A DNA stretch of 64,000 nucleotides from a virus (taxonomy: Duplodnaviria; Caudoviricetes), in IMG/VR virus record IMGVR_UViG_3300011616_000006, positions 43,374-107,373 of that record. One strand, written 5' to 3'. Within the stretch, counting starts at the first letter, position 1. Each line of letters opens with the position of its first letter. Below are positions 54,495 through 62,415 of this stretch, one piece after another. Position numbers and translations under genes: made by a program. Below the pieces are notes generated by a model. It saw only the letters and a list, made by a program, of their open reading frames with translations, searched no databases and had not been told where the DNA came from.

Positions 54495-54857
54495 TCAACG
54501 ATTTTTGTCTTTTGTTCTCCAACCAATTGTCATATACTTAACATCATTAATTTGCTTCTGCCAGTGTATAATTGTGTCGCATCCGATTATTTTCAGAGTC
54601 ATTGATAGCTCAGCGTAACAAGATAATTTATCACAAGCGGACACTGCTTTAGTCTGCAATTTCCCTCGTTCTTCTTTTGATGATTGAAGACTCAGGCGAT
54701 TTGCATCCAAAAGAAGTTCATATATATCCATGCAAGTTTCTTGAATACGTTTTACCAAAGTAACATACTTGTTGGGATACCTTTTTCTGTTAGATGTAAT
54801 TGTCATCGTATATTCCATAAGTTTTATCGCTTTAGTAACTACTTCAAGCTGCGCTAT
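54495..54857 (-). CDS. avd: DGR accessory variability determinant (Avd, four-helix bundle); probable AUA start
   Basis: TSNRKRYP.KY..LVKRIQ..DIYE.L..AN..W..DK.R, basic helical protein directly upstream of TR; SD AAAGGAG 9 nt before ATA at 54857. Confidence 0.88.
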   Translation of the reverse strand: MAQLEVVTKAIKLMEYTMTITSNRKRYPNKYVTLVKRIQETCMDIYELLLDANRLSLQSSKEERGKLQTKAVSACDKLSCYAELSMTLKIIGCDTIIHWQKQINDVKYMTIGWRTKDKNR

Positions 54858-54891
54858 AGTATCAAGCTCCTTTCAGTCGCTATGTCATTCC

Positions 54892-54907
54892 GGCTGCTCC
54901 CGCAGCC
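54892..54907 (-). promoter_or_regulatory. GC-rich hairpin downstream of VR (candidate DGR target-recognition cruciform)
   Basis: GGCTGC-GGGA-GCAGCC about 45 nt after the target stop codon. Confidence 0.6.
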
Positions 54908-54950
54908 CCAAGTTCCCGGCTTCGTTCTGCCGTTTCGAAGATGCGAAGAT

Positions 54951-55715
54951 TTAAGATCGTAAGATGCAAATCGGGCGCACACCCCCGCCGCAGCCATAGT
55001 CGCCGTAGCGGACACCGCCGCTGCTGCGGACACACTGAACACAGTGGTTGCCATAACCAGACGGGGTTGAATCTGGAGTAGCTAGCCACCACCATTTGTC
55101 CATGCTTGGAATATTCTCCCGACATTCTCTGTATAGATCAAGAGTTGGAATTGATAAAATATCCCCCTCTACCACACCATAATCTTTCAGCCCATCAAGC
55201 GAAAGTAGGTCTGTGGTAACCGGCACAAGTCTATCGCCGAATTCCGCCTTCAACGCCTTGCCTAGCTTGCAAATATTCAGTATTTCTCGGATATTTGATG
55301 TTGCATAATTGTTTGACTTGCCAAACTCATGATTACCAAGACTTCCATCAAGCAAATAATATGTACCTTTTTCATCTGTCTTAATTGCCGTCCATGCCCA
55401 GCCAGCCATGATTGTTAGATCCGCCGTCTGCATTTCATCCTTAACCGCCGCACGGAATTCTGCTTCGTATCTTTCTGGATCTTCATCGTACCAGTCTGGA
55501 GTGATGTCCTGATCAACAATATATTTCCAGTCATCTACGCTAGTGGCCTTGTTGCCATCTTTCGGAATTAACTCGGCTCTTATAAACACCTTTGTGGCGT
55601 TTTCGCGAGTATCTTCAATATTAAGGCTCTCCAGCAAAGAAGAGTGACTCTCATTTCCCCTAGGTGCTAACACAACTTTACTTTTCAAAATAATTCCACT
55701 CTTAAATTCGCACAT
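54951..55715 (-). CDS. DGR target protein with C-terminal CLec-like (DUF6273-like) variable domain
   Basis: NNYATSNIR..L, WWWLATP...GVRP C-terminus containing VR; no signal peptide or TM segment. Confidence 0.9.
   Translation of the reverse strand: MCEFKSGIILKSKVVLAPRGNESHSSLLESLNIEDTRENATKVFIRAELIPKDGNKATSVDDWKYIVDQDITPDWYDEDPERYEAEFRAAVKDEMQTADLTIMAGWAWTAIKTDEKGTYYLLDGSLGNHEFGKSNNYATSNIREILNICKLGKALKAEFGDRLVPVTTDLLSLDGLKDYGVVEGDILSIPTLDLYRECRENIPSMDKWWWLATPDSTPSGYGNHCVQCVRSSGGVRYGDYGCGGGVRPICILRS
54972..55055 (-). repeat. DGR variable repeat (VR), 84 bp
   Basis: Ungapped match to TR with 16 differences, all at TR adenines (14 A>G, 2 A>C). Confidence 0.96.
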
Positions 55716-55740
55716 AATTTCAATCTCCTTTTAATTGCTT

Positions 55741-58474
55741 TTATTTATAAATACAGGTTTTATTAATCATTACTGGCCTATAAATCTCATTTATATCTTG
55801 GGCAACGATACCATATGCTGCCAGGACAGCCATTTCCTGTTCATAGGTTTCACAAGCTTTCAGCATTGCACAGATTTCTTTATATTCCGCTTCCAGTGAG
55901 TCCTCCCGAGCTGAAACATCAATGTCCAATTTGTGTAACGCTCCATCTGACACATCAGTTGAATAATTGTGGCAGTCAATATTTAATGCTGGATAACCTT
56001 TTGCCGTGATCAATGAATCTACTCTTTCAACCGCATCCTTTACCTCTTTATAAAAGGGATCTTCTTCGAAAATCTTTTCCGTCTCCTGAGATAAACGCTC
56101 TTGAATTGCCTCTTCTTGTCTTTCTTTCCATAACTTGATGATTGCTGCTGTTCTCAAATTTTTCTCCTCCTCACAACCGTTTTTACAATAAATTCCTGGT
56201 GAACACGAATCCTGACCAAAACAAGCATTAAGTAGTCTCAAACTTCTATCAAATGAATCTTCTTTTATTATTTCGCTTATAGTCATTTCTCTCCCTTCTT
56301 TTGAAACACTGATTTCAGCACTCTGCCTCCCCTTTTAAGTTACCTATTTGAGTTCTAATGTTGGTTAGATCATACTCCATGTCTTCCGCTTTTGTTTTCA
56401 TGGAATCAATCACTTGACTCTTTGTAATTACAGCATATTTCCAAACCCAACTCGAACCATCAACATATAGGCGTGGAAAATTCCAAATGTTTTGCCCTGC
56501 ATCGCCCATAAATCTCACACTTTCGATGGAAAGCCCAGGCATTGCAATTTCGGTATTAAAGTCAAAATCATCAGCGTTGATTTCAAATAAGTACCTCCCA
56601 TCGTCTGGGATGAAATCGCACCTCACCAAATGCATTGGTATTTCGCAATCTTCTATGAACTTTCTTATATTCTCGTAGGCCTGTTCCCACGAACCAGTAG
56701 GACATAGTCCCGCACCGGGGTTTATGCATATATCCATTATTTCCTCCTTAAAATTCTGGTTTCATAAACTTTGATTTAATAAATTTTATTGTTTATTAAT
56801 CATGTAGACAAACAATATACACAATTAAGGGTTATTATATAGAAGTAAGATAAATAAAGCTTTTCATACCTTCCCCCTATATAGTGGAGCCGTCCCCCGG
56901 CTCCTTTTTTATTGACCGCTACCAATAAACTCCAGCATCATATTCTGCAGCTTATCAATATTCTGCTGAATCTTCTTTGGAATAATATCTGCAACTTTGT
57001 TGAATGCTTCATTTTGATCATCCGTTAGCAAATCTGAACGTTCTATATGTAGCTCACGGCAAGTAAGCAACCATGTTCCCGGATGATGTATATGCCTATG
57101 TACAACTACTTTACATTCGTTTAGTCTCAGCTCCCAAATGCGAGGAATCCACTCCTTATCATCCCTTGAATACGATGTTACATCTTTCCATTTAGATATA
57201 TTCATATTTCTCCTTTCCCCGGCTAACCGGTTAAAATTATTCATTTGGATAAACCGGAAACATCTCACAACTCAACATGTTGCACAACCCTTCTTTTGAC
57301 AAACTAAGAATATAATCTGCTACAATACTTTTTGCTTCATTTATTTCTGTCACTTCATTAAGATTTATATGTAACCTCATTTCAAATTTTTTCGCTTTGT
57401 CGATATATGGTATTGGGTTTATGTATCCCATGTGCTTCTCCTTCCTTGAACCACAGCCGGATAAAATTAATTTACATATTTTCGTTCCAAGCACAAATTT
57501 CACAAGTTTTCGGGCATACACCTGATTTAATTGCCCTTTGACACATTTCTCTTTTGCTTATTTTTTTCACCTCTAACACCCCGATCATGCGCAATAATTT
57601 CTTTAATAAACCGACAAAAATATTTTCTTTCCTCATACTACAGACTCCTATTCCAAATATTAATTTAATGATAGTTTCCACACATCATCTGATGATCCAC
57701 TTCACATCCATCTATGATGCAAATATGTTTTTCTGAAATTGTCTTGCCGTTCTCATCTGTAATTTCTTTCAATGCACAGCTTTGACAGTTTAAACAACTC
57801 ATTCCAGTGTCATATACAAACCCCATATTATTTCCTCCTATATGAATTGATGATTTCTTCTATGTACTTAGTTTGACAGGCTCCTGATTGCGATACATGT
57901 ACTTTCTTGTTGACAAACCATCCACACATTTCTGTATATTACCAGCTGCGATTTTACCAAAATCACTTCGCAATATCGTGTCTACAATGAGTAATTCATC
58001 TTTGACTATTCTCCGCTGCTCTAGCAAATCCTTCAGCTCTCGAAACATTTTGTAACCATTACAGGCGTTTACCTTGGCTGCGAATTCAATTTCGTGCTCC
58101 ATATCAACTTTTCGCTTATCCGGGGTGGATAGTTGACTTGCAAGTTCTGTTTTTCTCTGTAAAGCATCATCTGCCAACCCATTAAGACCCTTTATCCTCT
58201 CAACCCATGTTTGGACGGATACATGTGTTTCTTTTACATCACATATAAGTTTCGGTTCACACGCTTTCTCTAATGTCACCGATGGTCTTTCCGAAATCTC
58301 AGGGATTGCTTCTGTCTTAAAATTCATCCGCTTAAGCGGTTTGGGTAAAGATGCAATAACATTCTTCGCCTTAGAATATTCAAACCTCTGGGCATGATTT
58401 TTTACGCAAGTTTCCGCTTTACCATTTTCGTTCAGGCGGATATATACCTTATTGTTTCGAATGAAATAATCCAA
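55741..58474 (-). other. Hypothetical ORFs 55741-56286, 56315-56737, 56909-57205, small ORFs, and 57860-58474 (coiled-coil)
   Basis: SD-led minus-strand ORFs; the 57860 ORF starts at TTG 58474, not inside the tRNA. Confidence 0.6.
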
Positions 58475-58515
58475 CTTATCCCCTCCTCGTTCCTTTTTTG
58501 AGTACAAAAAACCAA

Positions 58516-58589
58516 TTGAAGCTGTGGGACTCGAACCCACGACCGACCGGTTATGATCCGGTTGCTCTGACCAGCTGAGCTAAGATTCC
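58516..58589 (-). tRNA. tRNA with CAT anticodon, Ile2-like body, degenerate acceptor stem
   Basis: GGAATCT..GCTC/GAGC..ACCGG-ATCATAA-CCGGT..GTGGG-TTCGAGT-CCCAC-AGCTTCA-A; mismatches G1:A72 and T5:C68, A at position 32. Confidence 0.75.
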
Positions 58590-58593
58590 ATTA

Positions 58594-58651
58594 CAGGGCT
58601 AGTCAAGTTCATGAATCAAAATCCTGTGCCTTACCACTTGGCGATAACCCT
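58594..58651 (-). pseudogene. tRNA-Gln(TTG)-derived gene lacking the T arm
   Basis: Acceptor AGGGTTA/TAGCCCT and D arm GCC-AAGTGGTAA-GGC intact, anticodon loop TTTTGAT, only 8 nt in place of variable loop plus T arm. Confidence 0.7.
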
Positions 58652-58832
58652 CTATTTAGTTTGTAATAACTCGCTTCATAATTTTCTGGATAATTTTGGA
58701 TAATGTGAAACCCACGCTTCAGATATAATTAATCATGCGTGGTATCCACGTATCTAAATTCTTGACCTTTCAGGTCATGAGTTTACAATTGCTATTGAGT
58801 GAGCCGGAGGTGCGCCAACACCGTTTGACGGC

Positions 58833-59156
58833 TCATTCTTTATTTCCCTTATTGGATATGTATACTTTGAAATTCTCAAAACTTATTTCATAAATATGAT
58901 GATATGTATTTGCGATTTTACTTCCGTGTTTTCTTAATTTCACTCTCAGGCTAAGATTTAAATCGATTGTTATTTCCATTCTATTATCTTGACTACATAA
59001 ATAAATTTTCTTACCATCATCATTAATATCCAGCATTGGGTGTACAAACCGCATACAACTTTTACCTAAGTCAAAATTATATGGCCCTGGCAAAACTTTG
59101 ACATTCAAAATACTATTTTTTGAATCTTTCAAAAAACTCATTAAGCTTTCATTCAT
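58833..59156 (-). CDS. Hypothetical protein, first gene of a LexA-controlled transcript
   Basis: SD GGGAG; promoter and SOS box upstream. Confidence 0.6.
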   Translation of the reverse strand: MNESLMSFLKDSKNSILNVKVLPGPYNFDLGKSCMRFVHPMLDINDDGKKIYLCSQDNRMEITIDLNLSLRVKLRKHGSKIANTYHHIYEISFENFKVYISNKGNKE

Positions 59157-59188
59157 TCTCTATCTCCCAATATCCATCGCTCTATTTT

Positions 59189-59242
59189 CGAACATTTGTT
59201 CTGCTTGTTTTCTATATTACCATGTCATATTTATTATGTCAA
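59189..59242 (-). promoter_or_regulatory. SigA promoter with downstream LexA (Cheo) box
   Basis: TTGACA-17-TAATAT (59242-59214); AGAACAAATGTTCG at 59202-59189 fits GAAC-N4-GTTC. Confidence 0.8.
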
Positions 59243-59301
59243 TCTTTTTTACAAACATATTTTGGCACATTTCAAAGCAATCGAGGGTTTAAATACTATC
59301 A

Positions 59302-60285
59302 TCACTGATAGTATTTACCTTTCATCACATAAGGAAGACACAAACGCCTAACTTCTGTTGCATTTTTTGCTTCTTTTGTAAACCCATAATTATTAGCGTA
59401 CTCTACAATTTTTGTAAACCCTCTCTCATTGTTCCGAACATAGAATAACTTAATAAAATAATCAAGAGGTTTTTTATTTTCATCACACTTTTCTTTTACA
59501 TAATTAATAAAACCAGATATATATAACATATCATATGATACTGTGTACCCAGCGCAAAGAGAAATCCGCTTGAAGTAGTTAGAAATGTTTGCTGTCATAT
59601 TCTTTTGATATAGTGAATCTGTTAAGTTGTCTGTATCACTAATTTTAAAAATATAGTCTTTATATGAGGTTAGTGACATTATATTAATTTTAGGGTTATT
59701 AGCACCAGGCCCATATCCTTCGTAAATATAAATATCTCGATACTGCTCTAATGCAATAAAGAAAGCCTCTGTCATTCTTCGAGTTTTTCCTCCAGCTGTG
59801 ATAATTCTTTCGTCAAAATCCACATCTTCGTATTTAAGAAGCACAAACTCCTTAATATTCCTTATCCCTTCATAAAATCCCCTAATTAAAACTTCATATA
59901 ATATTTTATTTCGTTCCTGTTTCTGAATTAAAACCTCAACATCTTCATCATAAAAAGCTTTAATATCCATAACCTCGACGTTCTTTTCAATAAAATACTC
60001 ATTGTCGAATTCTTCCTCTTTGAGCACATTAGTACTTATATAACGTTTCTCTACACACCAATCAAAAAACATACTTATTCTCCCTTTTTGATTGAGCATG
60101 AATTTCAATGATCTAGATTTTTTCCCTAGAACACCTGCTATGAAGTCTATCAGTTCGTCACTATCTAGTTCAAACAGATCAGCATTGTACACCACCTCTT
60201 TATCCAATGCGGCCTTGGCATGAGGATTAATTTCGCAGTACTCTTTTATAATCCGCTTATAATCTGCTGCTGTATATTTTCCCAT
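59302..60285 (-). CDS. Degenerate tyrosine-recombinase-fold protein, MrpR/YopR-like phage repressor
   Basis: FFDWC..N-terminal SAM-like part, FYEGIR..LKYEDVD, LYISG in place of HxxR; own promoter TTGACA-17-TATAGT (60343-60315). Confidence 0.65.
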   Translation of the reverse strand: MGKYTAADYKRIIKEYCEINPHAKAALDKEVVYNADLFELDSDELIDFIAGVLGKKSRSLKFMLNQKGRISMFFDWCVEKRYISTNVLKEEEFDNEYFIEKNVEVMDIKAFYDEDVEVLIQKQERNKILYEVLIRGFYEGIRNIKEFVLLKYEDVDFDERIITAGGKTRRMTEAFFIALEQYRDIYIYEGYGPGANNPKINIMSLTSYKDYIFKISDTDNLTDSLYQKNMTANISNYFKRISLCAGYTVSYDMLYISGFINYVKEKCDENKKPLDYFIKLFYVRNNERGFTKIVEYANNYGFTKEAKNATEVRRLCLPYVMKGKYYQ

Positions 60286-60364
60286 TTCATCACACCTCTT
60301 CAACTTATATGACTACTATATCACAGCAAACAGAACCTGTCAATACACATTTCAAAGTATAATT

Positions 60365-61318
60365 TCAAAAATCTTCGAAGACGCTGTTCCAAAACTCTAG
60401 ATCCCTCTCCTGCTCGATTCCCAGATATCTAGTTGTATCATTAAAACTTGAATGGTTAAAACTGCTTTTAATCTTTCCCGCTGCTGTTAACGGATCTAGG
60501 CCTGCTGCCATCCCCTTTTCATAACCACGATATGCGTATGTCTTCCGTAAACTTCTACCGGCGTAATTTCCTTTAAGTCCACAATCTTCCGCGAATTGTT
60601 TAACCACCTTTCTAATTCCAGCTTCTGTCAAATAAAACTGTCTTACCTTGTAGGGGATATTATATTTTTTTAAATATTCGATTTTGATATCCAATTGCCG
60701 CTCAGTTAACCCTCTATGTTTCAATTTTTTATATTCATCTATAGAAGTTTCTACTGTTATGTCCACATCGTCTATTATTTTAGCTTTACCATATCTTATA
60801 TCGTATATTTCATACAGTTTTTTTTGGCTGGTAAAAATATAATTATCAGCAATTATATCTGGTTGAACAGTTGCAACATACTCTTGGATGTATTTTTTGA
60901 CACTATTGGTTAATTGGAATCTGCGGGTTTTCCCTGTTTTTTGTTCTATGATATTTTGTGGGTTATCATGAAAATTGGTGTTTTTATCAAAGAACACTCC
61001 CCATGTCACTTTTTTTAAATCTGAAACCCTGAAACCCGACATGATCCCCAGCATAAACAATAGTTTGTTTCTAGCCTCCTGGTTTCTCTTACAAACCGTC
61101 TTCGCATCATCTATTTTTTGTTGAAAATACTGAGTTATCTGATCTATACTTTCTCGTGACTTTATTGGATCAACCCATGTCGTCACTCCCGTATTATCGG
61201 GTGCAATATTTGAAGATTTTTTGGTCACCTGAGCCTTAATATTATTTTCTACGTATTTTTTCAAATAAATGATATTATTAATGCCATCTTGTCTTGTTAT
61301 CTGTTCCAATGCCCCCAT
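60365..61318 (-). CDS. Second tyrosine recombinase (stand-alone catalytic domain)
   Basis: SGFRVSDL, EQKTGK, RSLRKT (R in place of H), FNHSS, TRYLG. Confidence 0.88.
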   Translation of the reverse strand: MGALEQITRQDGINNIIYLKKYVENNIKAQVTKKSSNIAPDNTGVTTWVDPIKSRESIDQITQYFQQKIDDAKTVCKRNQEARNKLLFMLGIMSGFRVSDLKKVTWGVFFDKNTNFHDNPQNIIEQKTGKTRRFQLTNSVKKYIQEYVATVQPDIIADNYIFTSQKKLYEIYDIRYGKAKIIDDVDITVETSIDEYKKLKHRGLTERQLDIKIEYLKKYNIPYKVRQFYLTEAGIRKVVKQFAEDCGLKGNYAGRSLRKTYAYRGYEKGMAAGLDPLTAAGKIKSSFNHSSFNDTTRYLGIEQERDLEFWNSVFEDF

Positions 61319-61320
61319 GA

Positions 61321-61668
61321 CTAACTCCCCCTTCTTTTACTGAGTAAAAGCAAACTTCTTACTTGCCCCATCTTAATCATATTATTTTTATCTGTTTGTA
61401 CAATACTATATAGATCAAGATGGGGGCATATTGTATCTTCATTATAGAAAATACTTTTAGCTCCCTTTATCAATGCCACACCATGAGGCAATGTTATCTT
61501 TTCTATTGGGCCGCAAGTAATATCATTGTCATAATCTATCATTGTACTAGGAATAATTTCTTCGTCCAAATTTTCCAATACTTTTACTGCCTCTTGCATT
61601 AGTTGAATACTTTCCTTTAAAATCTGGATAGCATCTTCCACCTTGACACTGTAAAATGACTCTTTCAT
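61321..61668 (-). CDS. Hypothetical protein between mazF and the recombinase
   Basis: SD AGGAGG; operonic spacing. Confidence 0.6.
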   Translation of the reverse strand: MKESFYSVKVEDAIQILKESIQLMQEAVKVLENLDEEIIPSTMIDYDNDITCGPIEKITLPHGVALIKGAKSIFYNEDTICPHLDLYSIVQTDKNNMIKMGQVRSLLLLSKRRGS

Positions 61669-61676
61669 TTTGCCTC

Positions 61677-62063
61677 CTAATTTATCAACTCAGGCACAAG
61701 GTCAGCTTTGCCAGTAAAATTAGCAATATAAGCTGCCCCCACCTGATGCTGAGTTTTCTTGTTCTGAATACGACCCCTTCTACGCTCTGGCCGGAGTAAT
61801 GATTTGTCAATCATCCTAATATTTTCTGCCAACACCATTGAATCGCAAGATAAACCAGGAGCATCCTGTGGTCTAACTAATACGTGAGTTGGCTGCTCCA
61901 GTCTTTTGATTTGACTTGTCATTGGCAAAACAAGGCAATTGGGACTATATTTATTTCCAATATCATTCTGAATGATTACGTATGGTCGCTCTCCCGACTG
62001 TGAATGTGCAACATTTTCACTAGGTAAATTCAAAATGTAAATGTCAAATCTTTTTATATCCAA
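61677..62063 (-). CDS. mazF: PemK/MazF-family endoribonuclease toxin
   Basis: IKRFDIY..L..SQSGERPYVIIQNDIGNKYSP..PMTS..PTHV..DSMVLAENIRMIDK. Confidence 0.9.
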   Translation of the reverse strand: MDIKRFDIYILNLPSENVAHSQSGERPYVIIQNDIGNKYSPNCLVLPMTSQIKRLEQPTHVLVRPQDAPGLSCDSMVLAENIRMIDKSLLRPERRRGRIQNKKTQHQVGAAYIANFTGKADLVPELIN

Positions 62064-62110
62064 GCATTTCCCCCCTTCCTCTTATGTATTTTCGATTTTC
62101 TCATGTCTCC

Positions 62111-62206
62111 ATTATATAGGTATATACCTATTTTTGCAAGATGTAATTATAGCAGAAAATAGCCACATAATTGGTCGTCTTTTTGTGCAAATTATAGGTA
62201 TATACC
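62111..62206 (-). promoter_or_regulatory. mazF promoter with palindromic operators
   Basis: TTGCAA-17-TATAAT with perfect palindrome TAGGTATATACCTA (62117-62130) in the spacer; second GGTATATACC at 62197-62206. Confidence 0.75.
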
Positions 62207-62235
62207 CGTTTTATTTTCAGAAAAAAACGAGATGA

Positions 62236-62415
62236 TCATTTACCATCCCGTTCCAGCTTTTCTTTGACAGCCTCGTTTATATATCCATTCACGGTACTTC
62301 CAGTTGAAATTATTCGTTCCTTAGTCCCTTTAGGAAACCTTACTAATATATTATCGTTCGCCTTGTCATGATATTTCTTTGATGCCCGTTCCTGAGCCTT
62401 TTTGTCTACCGGCAT
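62236..62415 (-). CDS. Small ribbon-helix-helix/Arc-like DNA-binding protein
   Basis: AQERASKKY..DNILVRFPKGTKERI..TVNGYINEAV.EKL; promoter TTGACA-17-TATTAT (62474-62446). Confidence 0.7.
   Translation of the reverse strand: MPVDKKAQERASKKYHDKANDNILVRFPKGTKERIISTGSTVNGYINEAVKEKLERDGK

Noticed and set aside
54854-55125. Alternative-frame ORFs over VR (54854-55054, 54880-55125)
   Set aside because: By-products of the GC-rich, stop-poor VR; the real frame ends in GVRP
56765-56910. Possible type I toxin-antitoxin (plus-strand terminator GGAGCCG/CGGCTCC-T6 facing an SD-led mini-ORF)
   Set aside because: The mini-ORF stops after 10 codons and no convincing plus-strand promoter was found
58475-58540. 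N-terminal extension MGSSPTAS of ORF 57860-58540
   Set aside because: Overlaps the tRNA T arm; a strong SD precedes TTG at 58474
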